This document shows, piece by piece, positions 36,801 through 48,800 of a stretch of DNA of 64,000 bases; positions within the stretch are counted from its first letter, which is position 1, and each line of letters begins with the position of its first letter. The position numbers and the translations under genes were made by a program. This DNA is from Lingula anatina (Eukaryota > Animalia > Brachiopoda). The notes below the pieces were generated by a model. The model ran no database searches. It saw only the letters and a list, made by a program, of their open reading frames with translations, and had not been told where the DNA came from. Location of the stretch: positions 25,504,534 through 25,568,533 of the forward strand of contig CM120644.1 in assembly GCA_051362555.1 (NCBI GenBank), given 5' to 3'.

Positions 36801-39800
36801 ATACTGGAAAACATAAATAGTCTGCAGCCAGCAGATGTGCTGAAAATTCTAAATAACACCTTAAATGAAAATATTTCCCACACCATGCTTTTTTTATGAA
36901 AAAAAAAAAAAAATTAAAAGAATATAATATAATTTAAATCAATGAATTGTATCCAAAGTATATAAGGGCCGGTACTAATTAACAATGCAGTCATCTTTAG
37001 CAAGAAGAAGACAGTTGAAGTCTGCACATCCAGGATAAAAGCTCTGTAGACATACAGGGTATATGGGGACATCCTTATATATTCAGAGGGTTTATTGTTC
37101 TGAGAGGGTTTATTGTTCAGAGTGTCTATATTCTGAAGACTGTATACTGGTTAAGGATCCAACTGAGTTAAATAATCGACTGCTGTTCTGAGGGTCCACT
37201 TTTCCAAAGGGTCCGCAATTCTAAATAACGCTATTCTGAGAGTCATATTTTCTGAAAAAGTTTATTGATGCAAAAGCTGCACTTGAATGAATTGTATTAG
37301 TTGCGTTATCATGTACTGTTTTTTGCATTTCCATTGTTTGCCCATCATTTCGCAACATGTGCATGAGTATATTGGGTATACATAGAACAAATTCCTAATA
37401 GCAGTATATACAGCATATGTTTTATTGACGATGCTGCTTTGTAATCTATAATAAATTATAAAGTTGGATTTCTTAGTTTTCACATGCGTACAGATCATTA
37501 TTATAAGCAGTTCATGACTAAGAAGTGTTTTCACTGCTGTCACTTTGATCTGGGAGAATGCTGTGGTATTCTGACTGTTCAGTATTACAAGCAAACATAT
37601 CTTTGAATGCCTTTCTGTAAGTCCTGCAACTGATGCAGTACAAGAAGAAGTTAGACGCATGGTTTAAGGAAAATAATAACATGAAAATTGAATACATCAG
37701 TGAATTGATAGCTTGTTGATGAGCAGTATATTTCTCAAGGTTGTAGATGTCGTAGATTCCACTTTGTATAGCGTTGAATCCAGCAGTGAGTAGCCAGAAA
37801 GCAGTAGTCACACATAAAACCATCCTGGTGATTTCCTTCATGTTGGTGTTCAAGTCCTCAGTAGTGGAACCTAGCAATGGGATGGGTATGGTGGTTTGGG
37901 GGTTGTCTGTGGTCTGAGAGAGCCCTTGCCTTGTCTCCCACCAAAGCCAGCCATTAAGTAGTGGTAATGTAAGGTAAGGTATAATACAATACAGGGAGAA
38001 AGATACCCACTTATGTACTGAGTAAAACTGGGCAGAACTGTTGCTGTGTGCCTTTAACTTCTCTATACTGTTATGGTTTATACTCCAGCATGTTTGAGTG
38101 CCATTCTGGTCCTTATAGTAGATATCTGAAGGACCTGGTATGAAAATTGGTAAATTGACAGCCAGTAGAAGTATTCCTGTTGTACAAATGGCCAGCCTGG
38201 TACGGGGCACTGTAAACCAGTGACTGTGCACAGCACTGGACCTTACTTTGAGCACTCTCTCAATGCTGAGGATGACCAGTAGGAGTGCACTGAACTCTGG
38301 AGCAAAGTAAATCATGAAGACAGCATAGCGGCACAGGAAAACACTGTGTGAGGAGTGGCGTGTCCTGATCATAGTGAATCCAGTAAAAGAAGCCATTGAT
38401 GTTGACCAAGATGTCTGCCATAGCCACAGTTTTGAGGAGGATACAGCTCTGGGTTCTGTGGAAGATTCTTTGTGAAAACACCAGCAGGGCCAGAATGTTA
38501 AAGATGATTCCTAGAGAGAAGATGGTGGGTCGACCTACCAGGGTCAGCTGGTGGGAAGTTTGGTTTAAACCAGCCAGGCATTCATCTTCCTCTGGATTTC
38601 TTAGATATGGCTCTGATTCATGAGGAGTAAAGTGTGAAATACTGGCCATCTCTGGTGTTTTCCTCTCAGTTCCTCTGCTGTACTGAGCTATGGCTTCAGT
38701 CAGTAATTGTGCACTGTTCTATGTCATCTTATGCACATACTATTAAGGACCTGGTGATTAGCAGTCGTGATATCATAGCTTTGGAACAAAAGTGTGTCAA
38801 AAACACACTTGGCACATTTTATATCTTCCTTCTTACATTATCTGCAAATTGTATAGCTTTTTTGCTCACCAACTCAAAGAATATATATATCCATACAGAC
38901 ATATTCTACTGCTTTTTTTCACACAGGCACAGGTATGCATACACTAGCAGTATCATACAGCAACTATTCTTATACCTGCTAAATTATGTTCTAGCTGTTA
39001 TTGTGATTCCAGGACCAGGATTGCCACTAAGAATGTGCGTGCTGGCATGAATTGGTTTGATCTGTGGAGGCATGACTTCAAGGTAGGTGGGAGACATGAT
39101 GAGTGGTAGTGTGACCTGAAGGTGGGTGAGAGACATGACCTGAAAGTGGGTGAGACACATGACCTGAAGGTGGGTGAGAGACATGACCTGAAGGTGGGTG
39201 AGAGACGTGACTTCAAGGTGGGTGGGAGACATTGATACCATGACTTGAATTCTACCTGTTCAAGTATTACCTTCTTCTTTACATTTGTTAAACATTGATA
39301 GGAAGCAGCCTTTGTCCTCCCACATGTAGACAGATATTCGAATGTGTGAGGTCTAGCAGAGAAATCCTATATCCCACCTGTAGACAGCTATTTGTGTGAT
39401 CTCTAACAGAAAAAATCCTATTTCTCAGGTGTGGTGGCACAGACAAGGACGAAAGAAGCAGGACTTTCCATTGTTCAATAAACAGATTATGACCATAGAA
39501 GGTAATTATAAGGAATGCATTAACTTTCGATAAACACTAGTTATCATGATTAGACTAAAGTATAAGGCTGGTAAACCCTCCCTCTTCTTATGTTAGACCC
39601 CTCCCACACTTTGACCCTCTTCTCTGTGAACCCCTCTCCTCTGCGAAGCATCTCACCCCTCTGTGAAGCTATTCCTTCTGTTAGCCCCACTCCACTGTGT
39701 GACCCACTCCACTGTGTGACCCACTCCACTGTGCGAGTCCATCTCTCCTGTGTGACCCACTCCCCTGTGTGACCCACTCCCCTGTGTGACCCACTCCCCT

Positions 39801-42800
39801 GTGTGACCCACTCCCCTGTGTGACCCACTCCACTGTGTGACCCACTCCACTGTGTGACCCACTCCACTGTGTGACACACTCCCCTGCCCAACTCCACTGT
39901 GCGAGTCCATCTCTCCTGTGTGACCCACTCCCCTGTGTGAGCCCCACTCCCAAATGTGAACCCCTTCTTTCTGTGAACCCATTCTGCTGTGTGAGCCCCA
40001 TTCGCCTGTGTGAGCTCTTTCTCATGGACCATGTCAAGGAAGGTTATCAGTAGAAAGTGTCCTTAATGAAAACAGCCAGAAATAAATTTCATATTAAATG
40101 TCTAAAGTATTTGGAATTCAATTGAAGTGATTGGTTTAAATATGAAGTATTGTTTCCAAACTGAACAGAACTGTTTTTATCAACATCTCATTTCAAACAA
40201 TTCTCTTAGTGTAACTGTCTTTTTGAAGGTCACTTTGGGTCAGGTTTGGTGTCTTTCTTTGTGTTCACTCGCTGGCTATGCCTCCTCAACCTTCTCCTGA
40301 CTCTGTTCTGGCTCAGTTTGGTAGTGCTGCCCTCTGTAGTACACTTCAACTACTGCAACATCACACAGCCTTTCTACATCAGGAATTTACTGGATGGAGA
40401 GGTAAGTACATTTAATGTTTTATTGTTACATCCAACACAAAGTGGTTTGCTAGGATTGAGTGAGTCCTGGGTGTTGTTTTATATTGTCACAGCTAACACA
40501 ATTGTTTTATAGGATGCTGTTAGTGAGTCCTGGGTGTTGTTTTATATTGTCACAGCTAACACAATTGTTTTATAGGATGCTGTTAGTGAGTCCTGGGTGT
40601 TTTATGGTGGGTACCAGGAGATGGTGGGGAGCTATAACCTGGCCTTGGCATACCTGTGTATGATACTAGTCACATATTTATATTTATAGGATGCTGTTAG
40701 TGAGTCCTGGGTGTTCTATGGTGGGTACCAGGAGATGGTGGGGAGCTATAACTTGGCCCTGGCATACCTGTGTATGATACTAGTCACATATTTATATTTA
40801 TAGGATGCTGTTAGTGAGTCCTGGGTGTTCTATGGTGGGTACCAGGAGATGGTGGGGAGCTATAACTTGGCCCTGGCATACTTCTGCATGATACTAGTCA
40901 CATATTTATATTTATAGGATGGTGTTAGTGAGTCCTGGGTGTTCTATGGTGGGTACCAGGAGATGGTGGGGAGCCATAACTTGGCCCTGGCATACTTCTG
41001 CATGATACTAGTCACATATTTATATTTATAGGATGCTGTTAGTGAGTCCTGGGTGTTCTATGGTGGGTACCAGGAGATGGTGGGGAGCCATAACTTGGCC
41101 TTGGCATACCTGTGTATGATACTGGTCACATATTTATATTTATAGGATGGTGTTAGCGAGTCCTGGGTGTTCTATGGTGGGTACCAGGAGATGGTGGGGA
41201 GCTATAACTTGGCCCTGGCATACTTCTGCATGATACTAGTCACATATTTTGGAAGTTTGTTTCTGATACTGAGAAGGTAAGATCCTAATTAACAATATAT
41301 ACCAGTGGATATTTCAAGAATTAGCATTTTCTTTTTGTTAGGATCTTAGATCATTATATTGCACCACTTGATTGTATGGGACTCTGCAGACATACATACA
41401 AGGCTCATCATCATCATCATCATTTAGAGCCTATAGTGTTCCACTGTTGGACAAAGGCCTCAGCATGCTTTTTCCATTGTTTCCTATCCTGAGCGTCAGA
41501 TTTCCAGTTTGGCCAAGGTTTCTTCTTCCAAGACTTCCAGTAGTCATCTAATTCATCCCTCCATCGTTAGACCGGCCTTCCTCTTTTTCTTTGTCCATAC
41601 CTTGGGGTCCATTCTGTAAGCCTGATTGTCCACCTATTGTCCTTCATTCTTTTGACATGTCCTGCCCACCTCCATTTCATTTCTTTAACTGTGAGCAGTA
41701 CGACCTTAACTTTGATCTGTTCACGTAACCATACATTCGTTTTCCGCTCTCTTGGACTGATGTTCAACATAATTCTTTCCATCTTTCTCTGAGCTACTTG
41801 TAGCTTGTGTTCCATGGAGGCATTCAGTGCCCAGGTCTCTGAACCATAGGTGATTGCCGGCAGCACACAAGCAATGAACACTTTCTTTTTCAGGCAGGTA
41901 GGAAGGTTGCTCTTGAAGATGTCATTGTGCTTCCCATATGCTGCCCATCCTGCTTTTATCCTTCGTTGGATTTCTTTCTCCAGTGTTTGATCACTAAGGC
42001 TGAACCGTTGCCCAAGGTATATATACTCTTCTACTGCTTCTATCTCTTTGGTGTTGACCTTCACTGTGCAAGGGGTGGTTAGTGGTCCAAACATCACCTT
42101 TGTCTTGCTGGTGTTCATCTTTAGCCCACTTTTTGCACTTTCATCTGTTAATGCCTGTAGCATTTCTTCGAGGTCTTTTGCATCATCTGCTACTATTATG
42201 ATGTCGTCTGCAAACCTAAGGTGATTGAGCCTGGTACCGTCTATGTTTATGCCCTTGTCCTGCCAGTCTAGATCCCTGAATATACGTTCCAATGCTGCTG
42301 TGAACAGTTTAGGAGAGATTGTATCTTCTTGGCGTAAATACTGTATATATTTCAGTCTGGCCCATGTTGTAGAACAAGAGAGTGTAAATATGACAGATAT
42401 CAGACATTACTGTTATAAATACTGTATATATTTCAGACTGGCCCATGTTGTAGAACAAGAGAGTATAAATATGACAGATATCAGACATTACTGTTATAAA
42501 TACTGTATATATTTCAGTCTGGTCCATGCTGTAGAACAAGAGAGTATAAATATGACAGATATCAGACATTACTGTTATAAATACTGTATATATTTCAGAC
42601 TCGCCCATGCTGTAGAACAAGAGAGTATAAATATGACAGATATCAGACATTACTGTTATAAATACTGTATATATTTCAGACTCGCCCATGCTGTAGAACA
42701 AGAGAGTATAAATATGACAGATATCAGACATTACTGTTATAAATACTGTATATATTTCAGACTGGCCCATGTTGTAGAACAAGAGAGTATAAATATGACA

Positions 42801-45800
42801 GATATCAGACATTACTGTTATAAATACTGTATATATTTCAGTCTGGTCCATGCTGTAGAACAAGAGAGTATAAATATGACAGATATCAGACATTACTGTT
42901 ATAAATACTGTATATATTTCAGACTCGCCCATGCTGTAGAACAAGAGAGTATAAATATGACAGATATCAGACATTACTGTTATAAATACTGTATATATTT
43001 CAGACTCGCCCATGCTGTAGAACAAGAGAGTGTAAAGCTAACAGATACCAGACATTACTGTTATAAATACTGTATATATTTCAGACTGGCCCATGCTGTA
43101 GAACAAGAGAGTGTGAAGCTCACAGATATCAGACATTACTGTTATTACTGTATATATTTCAGACTGGCCCATGCTGTAGAACAAGAGAGTATAAAGATAA
43201 CAGATACCAGACATTACTGTTATAAATACTGTATATATTTCAGACTGGCCCATGCTGTAGAACAAGAGAGTGTGAAGCTCACAGATATCAGACATTACTG
43301 TTATTACTGTATATATTTCAGACTGGCCCATGCTGTAGAACAAGAGAGTGTAAAGCTCACAGATACCAGATATGTGTTCTTTCATCTGCTGTTGGACTCC
43401 TGGGATCACTCCATCACAGACACAGAAGCTGTCCTGAAAAGGAGCAGAGGAATTGCCAACTCTATCAGGGTAAGTCAGGTCTGGGTTGGTGCTTACTCTA
43501 TCAGGGTAAGTCAGGTCTGGGTTGGTGTTTAATCTATGAGGGTAAGACAGGTCTGGGTTGGTGTTTACTCTATCAGGGTAAGACAGGTCTGGGCTGGAAT
43601 GTACTCTATCAGGGTAAGACAGGTCTGGGGTGGTCTATACTCTATCAGGGTAAGACAGGTCTGGGGTGGTCAATACTCTATCAGGGTAAGACAGGTCTGG
43701 GGTGGTCTATACTCTATCAGGGTAAGTCAGGTATGGGGTGGTCTATACTCTATCAGGGTAAGTCAGGTCTGGGGTGGTCTATACTCTATCAGGGTAAGAC
43801 AGGTCTGGGGTGGTCTATACTCTATCAGGGTAAGACAGGTCTGGGTGGTCTATACTCTATCAGGGTAAGTCAGGTCTGGGGTGGTCTATACTCTATCAGG
43901 GTAAGTCAGGTCTGGGGTGGTCTATACTCTATCAGGGTTAGACAGGTCTGGGGTGGTCTATACTCTATCAGGGTAAGTCAGGTCTGGGGTGGTCTATACT
44001 CTATCAGGGTAAGACAGGTCTGGGGTGGTCTATACTCTATCAGGGTAAGACAGGTCTGGGCTGGAATGTACTCTGTCAGGGTAAGACAGGTCTGGGGTGG
44101 TCTATACTCTATCAGGGTAAGACAGGTCTGGGGTGGTCTATACTCTATCAGGGTAAGTCAGGTCTGGGGTGGTCTATTCTCTATCAGGGTAAGACAGGTC
44201 TGGGGTGGTCTATACTCTATCAGGGTTAGACAGGTCTGGGGTGGTCTATACTCTATCAGTGTAAGTCAGGTCTGGGTTGGAATGTACTCTATCAGGGTAA
44301 GACAGGTCTGGGCTGGAATGTACTCTGTCAGGGTAAGACAGGTCTGGGGTGGTCTATACTCTATCAGGGTAAGACAGGTCTGGGGTGGTCTGTACTCTAT
44401 CAGGGTAAGACAGGTCTGGGGTGGTGTGTACTCTATCAGGGTAAGACAGGTCTGGGGTGGTCTGTACTCTATCAGGGTAAGACAGGTCTGGGGTGGTCTA
44501 TACTCTATCAGGGAAAGGCAGGTCTAGGGCGTCTGTACTTAATATTTTTGAAAATCAATCAAATTAAGCGGTTTTGTTTAGTGCAATTGGTGTTAAAATG
44601 AAGCAAAATAAGCTTAGGCAGCTGTACTTTTGAGTGTTTCAGATAAATATTTTTAATACAGAGTATTTGGGCTGTGTCTATGGCCCCCTGCCCTAGCTGT
44701 GTACTCATTGTATAAGGTGTTCCTTCTGTTTCCAGCACCAGCTGTATGTGTTCATTGTATAAGGTGTTCCTATTTCCAGCACCAGCTGTATGTGTTCATT
44801 GTATGAGGAGTTCCTTCTATTTCCAGGACCAGCTCTCAGAAGTAAAGGCCAAGGAAGCCTTGAGGCAGAGAACAATCAGAGAAAAAGTGACCATAGCTGC
44901 CTGGAGAGCAATAGCTTGGCTGGTTACTCTGTGAGTATTCTACACTGTATATCCTGCTAAGTTTGGCTGGTTACTCTATAAGTATATTACACCATATATC
45001 CTGCTAAGTTTGGCTGGTTACTCTATAAGTATATTACACTGTATGTCCTGCTAATTTTGGCTGGTTACTCTGAGTATATCATACTGTATATCCTGTTAGG
45101 ATTGACTGGTTACTGTTTGAGTATATCATACTGTATATCCTGTTAGGATTGGCTGGTTACTGTTTAAGTATATCATACTGTATATCCTGTTAGGATTGGC
45201 TGGTTACTGTTTGAGTATATCGTACTGTATATCCTGTTAGGATTGTCTGGTTACTGTTTGAGTATATCGTACTGTATATCCTGTTAGGATTGGCTGGTTA
45301 CTGTTTGAGTATATCGTACTGTATATCCTGTTAGGATTGGCTGGTTACTGTTTGAGTATATCATACTGTATATCCTGTTAGGATTGGCTGGTTACTGTTT
45401 GAGTATATCATACTGTATATCCTGTTAGGATTGGCTGGTTACTGTTTGAGTATATCATACTGTATATCCTGTTAGGATTGGCTGGTTACTGTTTAAGTAT
45501 ATCATACTGTATAACCTGTTAAGATTGGCCGTTTCCAGGTGAGGTCTTATATAATTACTTTTGAAGAAAAAATACCATTAAACATTGTTGTAAAGTGTAA
45601 TAAACTGATAAGCTCATTTATTGTTTGGATTTGTAGAGTTTTAATTGGTGGGGCCTGCAGCACTATCATCTTACTGGTAGTCAGCAACATTCTGGAGACT
45701 TCAATACCACAAGAAAACAAGGTAAGTCTTATATCTACTGTATCCCTGTGTTATCAGTTAGTTTATATTTACCCAGACTGTCCACAGTGTTGTGATAACA

Positions 45801-48800
45801 TATGATATCTCTATGTTATCAGTTAGTTTATATTTACCCAGACTGTCCACAGTGTTGTGATAACATATGATATCTCTATGTTATCAGTTAGTTTATATTT
45901 ACCCAGACTGTCCACAGTGTTGTGATAACATATGATATCTCTATGTTATCAGTTAGTTTATATTTACCCAGACTGTCCACAGTGTTGTGATAACATATGA
46001 TATCTCTGTGTTATCAGTTAGTTTATATTTACCCAGACTGTCCACAGTGTTGTGATAACATATGATATCTCTCTGTTATCATTTAGTTTATATTTACCCA
46101 GACTGTCCACAGTGTTGTGATAACATATGATATCTCTATGTTATCAGTTAGTTTATATTTACCCAGACTGTCCACAGTGTTGTGATAACATATGATATCT
46201 CTGTGTTATCAGTTAGTTTATATTTACCCAGACTGTCCACAGTGTTGTGATAACATATGATATCTCTATGTTATCAGTTAGTTTATATTTACCCAGACTG
46301 TCCACAGTGTTGTGATAACATATGATATCTCTGTGTTATCAGTTAGTTTATATTTACCCAGACTGTCCACAGTGTTGTGATAACATATGATATCTCTGTG
46401 TTATCAGTTAGTTTATATTTACCCAGACTGTCCACAGTGTTGTGATAACATATGATATCTCTATGTTATCATTTAGTTTATATTTACCCAGACTGTCCAC
46501 AGTGTTGTGATAACATATGATATCTCTATGTTATCATTTAGTTTATATTTACCCAGACTGTCCACAGTGTTGTGATAACATATGATATCTCTATGTTATC
46601 AGTTAGTTTATATTTACCCAGACTGTCCACAGGTTTGTGATAACATATGGTATCTCTATGTTATCAGTTAGTATATATTTACCCAGACTGTCCACAGTGT
46701 TGTGATAACATATGATATCTCTGTGTTATCAGTTAGTTTATATTTACCCAGACTGTCCACAGTGTTGTGATAACATATGATATCTCTATGTTATCAGTTA
46801 GTTTATATTTACCCAGACTGTCCACAGTGTTGTGATAACATATGATATCTCTATGTTATCAGTTAGTTTATATTTACCCAGACTGTCCACAGTGTTGTGA
46901 TAACATGTTATCAGTTAGTTTATATTTACCCAGACTGTCCACAGTGTTGTGATAACATATGATATCTCTATGTTATCAGTTAGTTTATATTTACCCAGAC
47001 TGTCCACAGTGTTGTGATAACATATGATATCTCTATGTAATCAGTTAGTTTATATTTACCCAGACTGTCCACAGTGTTGTGATAACATATGATACCTCTA
47101 TGTTATCAGTTAGTATATATTTACCCAGACTGTCCACAGTGTTGTGATAACATATGATATCTCTATGTTATCAGTTAGTTTATATTTACCCAGACTGTCC
47201 ACAGTGTTGTGATAACATATGATATCTCTGTTATCAGTTAGTTTATATTTACCCAGACTGTCCACAGTGTTGTGATAACATATGATATGTCTATGTTATA
47301 GGTTAGTTTATATTTACCCAGACTGTCCACAGTGTTGTGATAACATATGATATCTCTATGTAATCAGTTAGTTTATATTTACCCAGACTGTCCACAGTGT
47401 TGTGATAACATATGATACCTCTATGTTATCAGTTAGTTTATATTTACCCAGACTGTCCACAGTGTTGTGATAACATATGATATCTCTATGTTATCAGTTA
47501 GTTTATATTTACCCAGACTGTCCACAGTGTTGTGATAACATATGATATCTCTATGTTATCATTTAGTTTATATTTACCCAGACTGTCCACAGTGTTGTGA
47601 TAACATATGGTATCCCTGTCATCTTCAGTACCATCAACTTTGCTGTGCCAGTCATCATCAACCAAGTAAGCTTCACTTTATGTATACATGTAAAATGTAG
47701 AAATACAATGGTAAAGGACATATATGTATTTTTATAGATGTTATATCCAAAGATATGCAAGTGTATATGCTTGTATGCATATATATATAACCATTCACAC
47801 TGACATAAATACCGAGATCATATTATCATATCAGTACAGTTATAAGTTATTATGTTTTTTTCCAATATTTAGAGACATATCTATTAAATATTGATATCTA
47901 AACTGCTCCATTTCAGCTGCCCAGGTGTGAGAACTACCTCAGTGGAAAGGATGTCCTCAGAGTAACAATCCTGAGAACTTTCATTCTGAGGATTTCAAAT
48001 CTGTTTGCTTTGATCATTTCTTTGTACAAGAAGACAACAGTAAAGAAAGTGAGTGCTGTTTGTGGACATGGATATATATAGTTGCCATTTTTGTATACCA
48101 GAAAAACATTTATTTTGTGTATTGCACATTCCATTGTGTACAGTCTGCTTTACAGTTAACAGTACATGTGCCATAAAATTAATTTTTCATATATTTACTC
48201 TGGAGTTAAGTTGAAATGACTTCCATATAGATGTAACACTGGTTTACATATAATATTTATTACATATAATGCTCTGACTTTCAACTGTGTCAAGTAAGAC
48301 ACACCTAAGACACTGCTGTCTCAGCTAACACACTGCTGTCTCAACTAACACACTGCTATTTCAACTAACACATTGCTGTCTCAACTAACACATTGCTGTC
48401 TCAACTAACACACTGCTGTCTCAACTAACACACTGCTATTTCAACTAACACATTGCTGTCTCAACTAACACATTGCTGTCTCAACTAACACACTGCTGTC
48501 TCAACTAACACACTGCTTCATTCCAGGGTGGACCAGAGTACTGTGTGGGGACTCTGATAGGCCAGGAGCTATATAAACTGGTCATAGTGGATACATTGCT
48601 ACAGGTGACACATTGTTGTTATATTTACAATGTAGTAAATGAATAAATTTGACAAAAAAGGAGTGGAGGGATATTTGTTCAGTTTTATTAAACCACTAGG
48701 AAATGCATATTTCTGTCTACAAACCAAACAAAATAGGATCCTCTTTAGGAGATTAACAACAAACTTAGTGCTTGGATGTCATCAGAGTGAGCTAGGTCAT

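Noticed and set aside
42225-44527. Long ORFs of 435, 238 and 264 aa
   Set aside because: Translations of 81-bp and 36-bp minisatellites; only 43322-43469 is a real TMC exon.
45745-47610. Possible CRISPR array (also considered for 11308-12165, 14100-14975 and 52209-54205)
   Set aside because: Units are contiguous with no unique spacers, no cas genes are present and the context is eukaryotic.
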